This document shows, one piece after another, positions 27,199 through 40,159 of a DNA stretch of 64,000 nucleotides. The stretch's first letter is position 1; every line of letters starts with the position of its first letter. Source of the stretch: Pristiophorus japonicus (lineage: Eukaryota); the NCBI RefSeq assembly GCF_044704955.1, contig NC_091986.1, forward strand, positions 23,374,001-23,438,000, read 5' to 3'. Both the position numbers and the translations under genes were made by a program. The notes below the pieces were generated by a model that saw only the letters and a program-made list of their open reading frames with translations, was not told the origin of the DNA and searched no databases.

Positions 27199-27925
27199 GG
27201 GCCTCCGACCACCATTTTCTTTTACGAAAGTATCTGGTGGTCCCAGAGGAGCGAACACTTCTGGTCTGAGGCCTAGATGCGCAGCTCAACGCAGAGGCCC
27301 AACGCATCCCAGGAACATATGCGCTTCCTGGGATCACGTGGGCCTGGACCACCAATCACAATGTAATAGTCTCATTGATAATAATGGCGAGTTCTGTTTG
27401 TACAAGCTCCCATTACTATCAATGAGAATACCCTCAAAAACACAGAAACACAACACAATAAATTTTTTAAAACTCACATATTTAAAATTAATTGAAATTG
27501 AATTAAATTTAATGTTTTAGGAAAAAGTTAATTTTTTTTGAAAATGTTTTAAAAATGTTTTAATAGGGTTAAAAAATAAACTTACCTTAATGAACAGGGT
27601 TTTTAATATAAAAATTAAATATAAAATTTAATTTTTCTATCTTTTAAAACTCTTACGCTGGTAAAGGCAGGCCATACGCCTGCTTTTACCAGGTGTAAGA
27701 GATTTAAGGACATTTGCTGGGCACGATTTGGGCAAATAGCCCAAATCCCCGCCCGCGGAGGCCCTTTACTTTTGTATGCGTTGGAACTGGCAATAGAAAT
27801 TTTGACACTTCGCAAGTGCTGGGTTTCGGCGCATGTGCTTTGCGCACCTAAACCCGGAACTTGCGGGGCCTCTTCGGGTGCATGTGCACATCGTACACAT
27901 CCAGAGAGGCTGCAATTTAAGGGCC
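27199..27925. mobile_element. Harbinger-type MITE
   Basis: Right end GCAATTTAAGGGCC; internal hairpin 27645-27708; left end unclear. Confidence 0.6.
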
Positions 27926-28384
27926 ATCATTTACATATGTTTAAAAAATATATGTAACAACTTATAATCACAAATATAGGCCTTGAAGTAACTCTCTATA
28001 ATATTAGCTGATTGGCAAAATGCATTCCGAGGAAATTTCTGTTATATCAGAGGTAGTAATCCATTTAAAACAAAGGGGTTAGTTAGTGCCTCCATTAAAA
28101 GAATGGCTCCATTAAAAGAGTGGCAAAGTGCACATTAAGCATTTGTACATTATGATTATACAGCATAACTTCAAGGCCCTAATGAAGGCATTCCATTTAC
28201 AATCTGTTTTATATCCCATGAGCCTTGATACTGCACCATGTACATCCTTCCTCAGTATTTCACAGAGTATTGACATTGATTCTGATATGTTGGAAATGCG
28301 TATGCCAATCATTGCGCCAGTTCTTTGTAGACCTTTGGTGAAAGGAATGTCCACCACCTGAGATAAGTTTCCGATCATCTAGCC

Positions 28385-28992
28385 TCTCCATCACTAAACT
28401 GTCTACTTCTAGCGCCTGTCTCCACCATGCCTCAGCTCATCAGCTGCTGAAACCCTTATCCATGCCTTTGTTACCTCGAAACTTAATTACTCGCATGCTC
28501 TCCTGACTGGCCTTCCATCTTCCGCCCTCCATAAACTTGAACTCATCCAAAACTCTACTGCCCATATCATAACTCACACCAAATCCTGTTCACCCACCAC
28601 CCCTGCACTTGCTGACCTACATTGGCTCCCGGTCCGACAATGGCTCGTTTTTAAAAGTCTCATCCTTGTTTTCAAATCCCAACATAGCATCGAACCTCAC
28701 TATCACTGTAACCTCCTTCAGCCCTGCCACGCTCCAAGATCTCTGCGCTCCTCCAAGTCTGGCCTCTTACGCACCCTGATTGTAATCGCTCCACCATTGG
28801 CGGCCGTGCCTTCAGTTGCCCGGGCCTTCTCTGCCTCTCCCTTCTTCTTTAAGACGCTCTTTAAAACCTATCTCCACCTGCCCTACTTTCTCCTTGTGTG
28901 GCTCGGTGTCAAATATCTCTTTGATAATGCTCCTATGAAGCGCCTTGGGACATTTTACTACAGAAAAGGAGATTTAAACACAAGTTGTTTTT
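28385..28992 (+). mobile_element. L2 LINE 3' fragment
   Basis: AETLIHAFVTSKLNY...LADLHWLPV; degenerate tail. Confidence 0.88.
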
Positions 28993-29000
28993 GCGACAAA

Positions 29001-29852
29001 GGGGATGAAATTTGTTCTGGGTGGTGGAACAAAGTGTCTTACACTCTGCCTGATTCTCATTTCCAAATCATCGGGAAAGACAATCAGGCGGAATATAAAA
29101 TGGGCTGCCAGTGCACTTTTATCCATTTAACCCCCAGAGCTTCATATTTCTCAGCTTGGACTACTGACTGTATTCCTTCAAGTGTACTCAACGAGGAAGA
29201 AATTGGCCAATGATACACACATTTTCCATCCGTAAAACGGAACAAAAATTACCAATTTTGTGGAGCTATGGCCTGAGCCCCAGGGACACCTGAAAAGTGT
29301 TGGACAGCCGATCAACCGATTTTCAGGAGTCTGGGTGGCCACCTAAAACAAGTGTTTAGATGTTTGCCCATGCTAATAACGGGCCTCTAATGTCTGTTTT
29401 AGGATGCCTTCCTGAAATTGGGCTGCCCTGAGAGGAGGTGGTGCCGGGCGCTTTTCTGCTCAGGTTTTTGCAGGTGTCGAGGTGGCCAAGCAAGCGGCCG
29501 CTATCAAAAAGGTAAGTAAATTGTTTTTTTTAAAAAATCATCCAGGAAGAGCAAGTGTGGCCGTTCCAGTTCCAACATTCTTTTTCCAGCTGCTGCCGGC
29601 CATAATCACAATGCCCTTCCCCACCCGCCCCCCTCCCAACGCTGCCACCCCCTTCCCTTACCACCATTTACCTCATGGTCATTGCAGCAAGCAAGCAGAC
29701 AGAAATTGGCTATGTGAAATGGAGGTGAAACGAGACAGGTGTTGGCAACCCACCCACATTATTCAGATGAGGCCCAATTTCTAAAGAGCCACAGAGCTCC
29801 GAGTTTGGGCATACTCTGCTTGTGAAAACTGGCCCAGATGAATTTCTACCTC
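29001..29852. mobile_element. Harbinger-type MITE
   Basis: GGGGATGAAATT...AATTTCTACCTC termini. Confidence 0.65.
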
Positions 29853-29944
29853 AACATATTTTGCTTGGTCTTTTTGCGAATGGATTTGGCATATCTGTAA
29901 ATATAACTGAATTCCACAGCACTCTGGATCCTTCTTCCCCTGCG

Positions 29945-30305
29945 TTGCAATCTGACCTCTTCCCTCCCCCCAATCTCACCCTTTGTCGTGTCTTCACGAC
30001 CTTCCCCTCTCTGACCCCAAGTAATCAGTGCTCAGCAAAGGCCTCAGCTTCACCCCCTTACACCACCACCTGAATGAATTTCGAGCTCGGCACAATGCTG
30101 AGCTTTCCTTCTGGCGTCTTTGCCTCGGCCCCTACTTCCTTGACCAGGTCTCTTCCCCCCTGCACAGCAGACCCTTTCTCCCGCCTTGAGAATTCTTGTT
30201 CTACCTGGACCCCTCCCTCTGGCCTCTTACCCTCTCTTGATCTTTTCACTGGGGTCTGCCAGCATGACATGGCGGTCTCAATTTTTCTACTCCGCTCACT
30301 CAGAG
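29945..30305 (+). mobile_element. Penelope-like element ORF fragment (N-terminal to RT)
   Basis: Frameshifted SVLSKGLSF...LNEFRARHNAEL...DPFSRLENSCSTWTPPSGLLPSLDLF, typical of vertebrate Penelope-like elements. Confidence 0.75.
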
Positions 30306-30314
30306 AATTGGAGT

Positions 30315-30645
30315 GAATATTTTCACTTGTGGGAGAATCCAAAACTAGGGGCCATAAAAACACGATAGTTACTATTAAATCCAATAGGGCAATAAGGAGA
30401 AATTCCTTTACTCAGAGAGTGGTTAGAATGTGGAACTCGCTCCCACAGGAAGTGGTTGAGGCAAATAGCTTAGATGCTTTCAAAAGGAAACTAGACGAGT
30501 ACAAGAGAAAAAAGGGAATGGAAAGATACGCTGAAAGGCTGAGATGAGAGAGATGGAATGGAGGGAGACTCATGTGGAGGATGAACACCAGCACAGACTA
30601 GTTGGGCCGAATGGCCTGTTTCTGTGCTGTATATTTTATGTAATG
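30315..30645 (+). mobile_element. CR1/HER1-type LINE 3' end
   Basis: RRNSFTQRVVRMWNSLPQEVVEA; tail TTGGGCCGAATGGCCTGTTTCTGTGCTGTA of the type shared with shark HE1 SINEs. Confidence 0.85.
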
Positions 30646-31761
30646 TAAAATGCTAGAAGTGAAAGGATCATATGCTGACCCATTTGTCATCCAATCTTCT
30701 TGGTTAGAAGAATAAACAAGATCGCCATTAAGAGATCCATGTGAATGACCTGAAGAGTGTTTGGTTAAGCACATAGAACCAAAGTCAGAGTGACTCAAAC
30801 CGTGGAAGATTAAGGTATAGAGAAAGCTCCTTGATACATTTTTGCTTCTGAACATTATCTTCCTTTGAATTCTGAATTCATGCTGCAAGGCAAGCAGATG
30901 ATGGATAATCCTCTCTGGAATCAGAAATGAAAGGTCAGATAGAATCAATAGGTGTTGAAGAGCAGAAGGGAGCCCAAGGCAAAATGGCAATCTAGAATAG
31001 TGAGCATCTGAGCTTGCATTTAAACAACTGTACAGTGAAGGAAAGAAAAGCTGTGGATTGGGACAAAGAGTGGTGGAGATAACCATAAAGGAGAGAAGTT
31101 CAACAATAGCCTTGTGTTACAATAGAATCAGAACCAGCAGGTGGTGCTAAAACAAAAAGCAACTGATTTTTGCTGCAGTGTTTTTAGTACTTTGTCAATT
31201 TATTGTCAAGGATTATGGACCATAAGAGCCAAAAGTGGAGAAGCATGCCCTGAGAGTTGAAGAATAGGAAACAATTGTAACGGGATAATGACTACAGGGA
31301 TAGTAAATAAAAACTGCCCCAAAAGATATACATGATTGTCTGCTTAGTGTAAAAGTGGGAAAGATATCCCTGGTACATTGATTGGTGTCCCAATGACCAT
31401 AAGTATAAGGGACTATTAGCCTGGATGAGAAGCATACTAAGGGAAAGGGACCAAAAAATTGACTAAGTACATTAGACGATTCTTTCTTTTCAAAGGATAT
31501 TTTAATTTCTATGCTTACTATGATTCCAATAGTGCTTGTACGAATTCGCAGTCCAAAGTAAGGATAGAATTACAAACATGATAAGTTGTTGCCTTAACAT
31601 AATGTTTGTGTGTACTTACTGAACTTGTTTTTAGTTTACACTCTGAATTTATTTTACCAGAACTGAATTAAAGCTTTGCGTCATTATTTGGCAAATTATC
31701 AACTTCATTTAAACATGCACATTGTAAAGAAGTATACTGGCAATATTTAGAATATGTAGAA

Positions 31762-32985
31762 CCATCTTTCCGAAAACACAGTGTCAGTTTCCACATGTAC
31801 ACTGATGACACCCAGCTTTACCTCACCATCACTTCTCTCGACCCCTCCATGGTCTCTAAATTGTCAGACAGCTTGTCTGACATCCAATTCTGGATGGGCA
31901 GAAATTTTCGCCAGTTGAATATTAGGAAGACCGAAGCCACTGTCTTCAGTCCTCGCCACAAACTCCATTCCCTAGCCACCGACTCCATCTGGAACTCCCT
32001 CCCTAAACCTCTCTACCTCTCTACCTCTCTACCTCTCTTTCCTCCTTTAAAATGCTCCTTAAAACCTATCTCTTTAACCAAGCTTTTAGTCATCTGCCTT
32101 AATGTTTTCTTTTGTGGCTCGGTGTCAAATTTACCTGTTTTGTCTCGTAACTGTTGTAAAGCACCTTGGGACGTTTTACTATGTTAAAGGCACTATATAA
32201 ATAAAAGTTGTTATTATTATTATCCCTCTCCCTAGCATTTGTCTGAGGCGGAACCAGACTCAGTGTCATATTTGTCCCTTAAATGAGCATTCAACCACAT
32301 ATCCGCATCATAACTAAGACCTCCTATTTCCACCTCCGTAAAATCACCCATCTACGCCCCTGCCTCAACACATCTGCTGCTGAAATTCTCTTCCATGCCT
32401 TTGTTACCTCGAGACTTGACTATTCCAATGCACTCCTGGCTGGCATCTCACATTCTACCCTACGTAAACTTGAGGTCATCCCAAACTCGGCTGCCCATGT
32501 CCCAACTTACACCAAGTCCCGTTCACCCATCGCCCCTGTGCTCGCTGACCTACATTGGCTTCCGGTTAAGCAACACCTCGATTTTAAAATTCTCATCCTT
32601 GTTTTCACATCCATCCATGGCCTCACCCCTCCCTATCTCTGTAATTTCCCCCAGCCTCACAACCCCCTGAGATATATGCGCTCCTCTAATTCTGCTCTCT
32701 TGAGCATCTCTGATTTTAATCGGTCAACCATTGGTAGCTGTGCCTTCTTTTGCCTAGGCCCCAACCTCTAGAACTCCTTCCCTAAACCTCTCCGCCTCTG
32801 CACCTCTCTTTTCTCCTTTAAGACACTCCTTAAAACCTACCTCTTTGGCCAAGCTTTTGATCACCTGCCCTAATTTCTCCTTATGTGGCTCGGTGTCAAA
32901 TTGTTTTGTTTTATAACACTCCTGTGAAGCGCCTTGGGATGTTTTATTACGTTAAAGGCGCTATATAAATATAAGTTGGTGTTGT
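31762..32985 (+). mobile_element. L2 LINE 3' part with a nested L2 3' end (about 31988-32222)
   Basis: MYTDDTQLY (RT), then an inserted tail copy, then HAFVTSRLDYSNALLAG and a second tail. Confidence 0.9.
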
Positions 32986-34556
32986 AGAATTTTGGTGGTT
33001 GAATGAAGCTTACCCATCTTGAGAACGTTCGATCCAATCACTTAGATTTCCCCTGGTTCGTGCTGAAGAGCTGGAGAATATCTAAGCAGAGTGTATCACC
33101 ATGTAATGGAAGAAGAGCAAGCCTCCTATTACATGAATGAGGAAAAAAAAAGCTTGGTAGATGTTAAAAGTAACCTGTAGTAGTCTGAGTGATTCAGTAC
33201 CTGGACAAAGTATACTGAGAATTGAATTGGCACATAGTTATCAAATAATAGAGCATGTTTTGACAGTAGGAGTAATGAGTAGTCAGATAGGCTTAATCTA
33301 TTACTTTCACATTTTCCTCATGTTTTTCCAAGTAATCTTCCATCACTTTCAAAGTTGAGACTAAAGGCACTAAAAGCCCCATTTAAAAATGTAGAAGACA
33401 ACATTTTTTTCCCTAAATCACAAAACAATAATGGCGCATGTTCATTCTCGATGTCATGTCCTATCAGTTTTACTCAAGCCGTGGCTGATAGAATTACCCA
33501 TTTGGAAGTGTTAGGAATATTTGGAAAAGGTGGTGCATAAAAGCACTCAAAAAGAGAAATGCAACATTTTTAATGCATCAAAGCTTGGCAGCAGCACCAA
33601 AAATATCACTTCCCAAAAGATCTCATCTGCTTAAGGCTACAAACCTACAAACTCGTACATCTTCTGAATGCAGTTCCTCATGGACCTTCATGTAAGAATA
33701 GTGGCAATGAAATTATTTGAAAAACTGTATGTAGAATGTCAGCTTGGTCCAGGAGGTATAGGTTCCTTAACAGGAGTGGTGAAAATAAGAACAAAGGGAC
33801 ATAATGCAACACTGAATTAGTGAAACCTAAAATATCTGTTGACGCAATATCATTACCCATAAAGATGCCCTTTATTCACCTCCATTTTCCCCATAGACCA
33901 GTATCCAGTTGCCTTAGTGAAGATGACTGTGTGCTTCCTAACAGTTAAATCAACGGTGCCTCACATCAGTGGTGCCAAGCATTCTGGTTGACTGCTTTCA
34001 TGAAAACTAATCATGTATTCATCATGAAGATCAAATATTTCATCAGTAATTACAAGAAAAACCAATTTGATAAGACTGGGAGAGGCAGCATACTGGATAT
34101 AATGAATGAATGAGAAAACATTTCATTGTCTTTTCCAGGTAAGAAGATAATCATTTTTTTTATTTTCTTTGTAAAATACAGTTTGAAGCATATTATCTCT
34201 TGAAGCATTACCTTTTAAAAAAAATCCTAAACTTTAGTTTGTATTTTAACTCAGAGAATGTTAGAATTTAGTTCATAGGAGAAATGAACAAGAAAAAGAA
34301 TGATTAGAAGAACAATGGGATAAAGGCTTGGAACCCCGAAGTTTGCAATACTGAAAAGCTGATAATGTGATTTAAACGTGAAATATCCAGTGCAGTCTCA
34401 TCCCTAGCCTCTAATCTCTTGCTGTATTTTAATGACACTACAATTTAACTTCCCCCTCCTGTTCTTCCGAAACACCCCATGGGCTGCGCTACCGCCTATT
34501 CCTCCCCTGCATTTTCTATGTTGAAATCAAAAGTACCTCCTAATTTAACCATAATC

Positions 34557-34793
34557 AAAACAGAAAATGCTGGAAGCACTCAGTGGGTCAGGCAGCATCT
34601 GTGGAGAGAGAAACAGAGTTAACGTTTCAGGTCAATGAGAATTCTGACAAGGATGAGGATTCTGACAAAAGGGTCATCGACCTGAAACGTTAACTCTGTT
34701 TCTCTCTCCACAGATGCTGCCTGACCTGCAGAGTGTTTCCAGCATTTTTTGTTTTTATTTCAGATTTCCAGCGTTCACAGTATTTTGCTTTTG
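34557..34793. mobile_element. Penelope-derived hairpin repeat with degenerate hammerhead core
   Basis: About 80-bp inverted arms (34557-34638 / 34675-34757); CTGACAA-AAGGGTCATCGACCT-GAAACGTT. Confidence 0.8.
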
Positions 34794-35394
34794 TCTTAAT
34801 CTAACTTGTTATTTCCCAGGCTTCCAAAACTGTGGAACTGCTTACTTACCTCATTCTCTTCAGGCTTTCAAAATCCAAGCTTGTATCACCTGTGCATTTA
34901 TCTCATCCTCTCTCCTACTGGTGTCATCTACTATTGCTTCCATCTACTTTTCCCAATAAAAAAAGTCTCTTGCTAAATCTTGAAGAAGTATATGTATTCT
35001 CGAGAGGACCTTGCAATGTGCGGACATTTTTTTAATACAAATTGACCTCATGTGAATGTTGTAATGCCAATTCCGTACTTTTTAACTGAAGGGAACTAGT
35101 GGCACCGCGTCTTTAGAAACAGAGCAATTGGTCTGGAGTGTTATTTATTAGATTATGTGCCATATAGATTGATCTAAAAGCATAATATTCCACAAGTGAT
35201 TTTGCTTATGGTTAGATTTAGGTGCTAAGGCTTTCAACTTTAAAGGCAACTGAGTTTTTGAGATCTACTTTAATATCCATAAACTGGATCCTTAATAATA
35301 GCTATATAATTTTTACAAAACATAGAACTATAGAAGCTAACAGCATAGAAGGAGTCTATTTGGTTCATTGTGCCTGTGTTGACCTTATTTGGAG

Positions 35395-36015
35395 TCATCA
35401 CCATAGGCAGTCCCTTGAAGTGAGGATGACTTGCTTCCATGCAAAAAAGGGATGAGTTCACAGGTGTTTCAATGAAGGACCTAATATTCCAGATCCCAAA
35501 CTACATCAAGAAGGGTGGAAGATGCTTGTGCTTGGATTTTTTGATTTGGGTGGTGGCCGTTGCACACCAGCCACCAAACGGGCTTGACAGAGCTAGGTCT
35601 TGGTCCAGTGGCAAGGATTACCCAAGACTAACTGGAGACTGGTTCTGCTGCACAGACCGAGCGCGCACTCATATCGCAGTGTGGGCTAGCCCGTGCTGCT
35701 CCTGGGCCCTCGCCTCTTCTGGGCCTCAGATTCACACCTCTCCTGGGCCCCGGTCACTTCCCTCTATGGACTCTTGCCGCTCCTTCGCCCCTCCTGCTAT
35801 GCCTGCCCGCACTACAATCAGCGACCTGACTTCGTAGCCGTCGCCCTCCTGCAGCAGCACACGCTGCTCCCTGCAGTGGTATGCCGCCGCACGCTGCTCC
35901 CTCCAATGGCCCCAGCGTGCTGGTGGTCTTGCAGGCCGGGACCCCACCGATTTCCGGGCCGGACCCCCGCACGCTGCTCCCTCAAATGGCCCCAGCCTGC
36001 TGGTGGTCTTGCGCA
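35395..36015 (-). mobile_element. SINE-like retroposon with RTE-type tail and internal repeats
   Basis: Same family as 9218 and 22428; CACGCTGCTCCCT occurs three times at about 35858, 35890 and 35970. Confidence 0.8.
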
Positions 36016-36092
36016 TCCAGGCTCGCGTATGAAGATTTGACATTGGCTCAAAGTACTGAGGAACACTACCGCTATATTAACATAAGACTTTG

Positions 36093-36904
36093 GGGGAAGG
36101 AATTGTTTTTTAGCGAGAAGTTGGAGTGAAATTGGTTCCGTGTTAAAAACCAAAGATGGAGCCTCATCCCAAATTAACATCAAGATGCAGATGAAGACTA
36201 ATTTGGGCTAGCTGCGATGCTGCCTGTAATGTATGCACCTGTGAGTATGCTCAAAGGTTTTTGGAGGTGATGCCCTGTGAGTGGCTTAGCCAGTCATGTG
36301 ATGTTCACAAGACTCAATAAAACCTCAGTTAATTGAATTCTGGTTCTCCACAATGAGGCGTGCAGTTGTGAGCTTGGCGGATGAACCGGTAGGGTTCAAT
36401 TTGATAGTTAAACTTTTGCTAATAAACCAGCTAGTTCTTTACAGCAAATGTGTAGCTGTGAATACTTCAGCAAAGAACCCATGAAGCAAATGCACTACAC
36501 TGCCAGCGGCCGTCAGTTACATCATGAGGCGTGGGAGGGGGAGGGTGCTGAGTGTGGACTGGCAACGGTCCAATGTATTGCTGTGGAGTCAGGAGGAATA
36601 TTCCTGTTCCTCCTGGCTCCACATTGAGTTACGTTAAATCCCCAAAACTTACCTTTATGTTGGCAATTTCCAGCAGTCCCTTTGAAAACCGCAGAGTAGG
36701 CCAGAGAAGGCTAGAAAAACGGAACAGGGCTTGTGTGGCGCATGCTCCACTCAGTTCCTTCCAGATTTCGGGGTGGGGGTCATAAAGCAGGTTCCTGATT
36801 GGCATATACAATTTCTCTGCACGCACCGAACACGCAAAAGTTGCTGGCTTCCAACTTGACAGCTGCCACACTTCTGGGGAGTATCGAGCCCGAAATTCAT
36901 CCCC
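36093..36904. mobile_element. Harbinger-type MITE hosting a solo LTR
   Basis: GGGGAAGGAATT...AAATTCATCCCC termini. Confidence 0.6.
36225..36499 (+). mobile_element. Solo LTR (275 bp, probably Gypsy-type)
   Basis: TGTAATG...CACTACA ends, perfect 5-bp TSD CTGCC, two AATAAA. Confidence 0.88.
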
Positions 36905-37454
36905 TAACCCTGGATTTGCACCCATAATTTGGGCGCGACAGATACACGTGTCTCCTCCTTTGCCTTCAGGAGGGGTAGGTGACAGAAGAATATAATAGGA
37001 ATAATTGGATGTTGAAAAATGAATTGGAGCAATGAACTTTGCAGGGAAATTATCTTTGTGTGCTAATTGTAGGAAAAAAATCATAAAATGGATTGATAAA
37101 GAATGCAAAATATTAGAGGTAATCGTCCCTTAGGTACGATTGAATATGCACTTCAAAGTGTAAAAACAATGGAACTTCATTATTATGAACCACACTGTTG
37201 GACATTTTCTTAAAATAATAAACATTTTATGATTTGACAGTAGAGGAGCTGAAATCTCGATATATTGACGGGAAGAACTGCTCTGCCAATCCCATCAGTT
37301 AATAATAATGAGGTATAACAATATTATATTAAAAAATAAAAGCTACCCTGTAATGTATTTGCATTAGATCTCCTCTACTTAAACTCCGTAACCAACTGCC
37401 AGTCACGTTCAGACTTAGTTCTTGTGTATCCTGGTAAAGTTGCTGCTGGTTGGA

Positions 37455-37832
37455 GAGTCTAGGACTGGGGGCATAGTCTAAAAATTAAAGCCAGACCTTT
37501 CAGGAGTGAAATTAGGAAACATAGAAACATAAAAAATAGGTGCAGGAGTAGGCCATTCGGCCCTTTGAGCCTGCACCACCATTCAATAAGATCATGGCTG
37601 ATACACAAATGTTGGTAGAAGTTTGGCACTCTCTTCCGCAAATGGCAATTGGTGCTAGATCAATTGTTAATTTTAAATCGGAGATTGATAGCTTTTTATT
37701 AACCAAAGCTATTAAGGGATATGGGCCAAAGGCGGGTATATGGAGTTAGATCACGGACCAGCCATGATCTCATTGAATGGTGGAACAGGCTCGAGGGACT
37801 GAATGGCCTACTCCTGTTCCCACGTTCCTATG
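37455..37832 (+). mobile_element. CR1 3' fragment with a nested antisense CR1 tail (37516-37602)
   Basis: Host 3'UTR intact; insert GAAACATAGAAACATAAAAAATAGGTGCAGGAGTAGGCC matches 49227. Confidence 0.85.
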
Positions 37833-39171
37833 CCTCCAAATCTTACGGGAAAGATTACCCTTTAATGCCAATTCAGTTGGTTAAAAGAATACCGCAGTAA
37901 GGATAGTGTGTAGGGAAAGATTTTACTTTCGATGGTCAGTATGCAATGCACCTAATTGTTTTGAGTAAGTATTGCAAAAGGCCTCTCCACAAGATCAGTA
38001 AAGTCATCGTTACCTCATCAGTAAATTTAGTAACAATAAGGACTCAAGAATCCAGCCCTTCGACTTAACATTTACAGTCCCAGCAAGATCCTTGGCATCA
38101 CACACAGTTCAAACTACAGAATGTGTAAGGTAACGCCGACCAAGTATCAAGTTTCTTTGTTAAGGGGGATGCTTCACCTGGTTTAGCTAGAGGTCTAACT
38201 AAAAAGTCAATAACATGCAGGATGCAGATTCACAGGGCTAAATGTACTTCCAGTTCAGTTCACCACAAAATCAGATTTGAACTGCTGCAATTCCTGTCAA
38301 ATTCAAAAATACAACGGGAAAAAGGGGCTTGCTGCAAATTGCAAATAAAGGCTCGGAATGTTTTGTGGAGTAGCGCAATGTGGCTTTAGGGAGCATGTTG
38401 CCAAACCCCAACCCATCTCAACCAACCAAATGTAAGTGAGTGTGATTTCCCAATCCAATATTATCCCTCATCTCAATGACACAATTTAGCATCGGTCACC
38501 GATGACAGAGGAACTTACAACCAAAACGTGAAAAGAGCTAGATCCCTCCGGCATGGAATAATCGTCACAGATCTTAAAAGTGGATGTATTTGAATTTCTC
38601 ACATTTCTTGTACATTTGAATGATAAATTTATGCAGCAGAATTTGACAGACGTACAGAATTATAAACCTAACCTTAACAAACAATGTGCTTAGAATGATA
38701 GATAAAACTGATTTGTCTCTGTGTTGCGACCTATATTTTTATTCTGTTAATTTTGGTGGAGAAATAATACTGCGATGCTCAAAACGCTGTCTAGATAAAA
38801 GCACTTTTAACTATTTTGAGCTTTAATTTAAATATAGTAGCTTTGTAGCAACTAATCAATACTAAACATCAATACAGATAAAATGAATATACTTTCTGCT
38901 GACATGGTCAACTTGTCCTTGTCTAGACCATAGTCTGAGGTTACTAACTTGCCTTATATTAGCAGATCAAAATGAGTCCCTGACACCACACATTGTTTGC
39001 TTACTTGTCGGTGCGAAGGTCAGGGTGGAAGGCTAACAGGTGAATATAATTTTTTTATAAATAACATTTTAACTCTCACACAACTGGCAGTTGCAAAGCA
39101 ATTCATATCTCCTAGCCCAACTGTTGTTTAAGGTTTAACTTCAATTGCACTCTTATTCTAACTAATATATT

Positions 39172-39375
39172 GGAACGTAGGAACAGGAGTAGGCCATTCA
39201 GCCCCTCGAGCCTGCCCTGCCATTCAATTAGATAATGGCTGATCAGTACCTCAACTCCATTTATCCACCTTACCTCCACATCCCGTGATACCCTTACCTA
39301 ACAAAGCTCGATTGATCTCAGTCTTGAAAGCTCCAATTGTGTCAGCACCCGCAGCCTTTTGGGGGAGAGAATATA
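39172..39375 (-). mobile_element. CR1 3' fragment
   Basis: GGAACAGGAGTAGGCCATTCAGCCCCTCGAGCC. Confidence 0.85.
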
Positions 39376-39439
39376 TTCTGTTCTATCCATTTTGATGAGT
39401 CATCATTTTCTGTCACAGCTAATAGTGCTACAAATGCTA

Positions 39440-40123
39440 CAGTAACTTCAGACGAGGGCAGATGCGTGGTTAAACGTGGAAATGTAAAAGTTACTGTCCG
39501 AGTTGCGCCGCTCTGCTATTAGCTTTCCAAAATAAGCATCTCGCTGTTTGGCTCATCGTTGAAATGCATTGAACAGTGTGAAGTTGCTGTACTTGTACTG
39601 TAGATACGAAGTAAACTCACCGCAGCAAGTGAAGTCTTGTTCATATCAGTCTAAGCATCCTTTTAACAGTGTGACTAGTGTGAACTACTGCCAGTCTCTC
39701 TGGCACTGAAAATTAACTATTTCAAATGTGGAGTCTCATTCCTTCATGGTTTAATTGTTGTTGGAGATTAAAAAATGTAAAATAAAAAAAAAACAATTTT
39801 ACTTTTCCTTTTTCTTTTTTCTCTCTAAATCGACTCTTTCTTTCCTTCTCTTTATTTCACTTTCTGTACCTGATTTGACATTGAATTCACCCACTCTAAT
39901 TTACACTTCCACCTTAGTCCTTGCGCTGTTAATTTCACAATCCTTCAATCTGATTGGTTAAGGAGATACCGTGTTGGTTGTCCTGTTCACTCAGGTCCCA
40001 GGTGCCCTGTTTCCCTCAGTGCACCGTTATCAGCAACTTGCCAGGCAAATATTTAAATGTGCAAGGAAAGGTCTAACTAATGCCAGATGCTGTTAGATGT
40101 CCTGCCACAACAAATTATGGCCC
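39440..40123. mobile_element. Probable Harbinger-type MITE
   Basis: Right end CAAATTATGGCCC; left end not found. Confidence 0.4.
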
Positions 40124-40159
40124 ATTATTTATTTTCTATTTTCCAAAGTTTAAAACCAG

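Noticed and set aside
28112-28378. Possible minus-strand exon after CTTATCTCAG
   Set aside because: No recognisable protein in any frame, no clear donor, weak pyrimidine tract.
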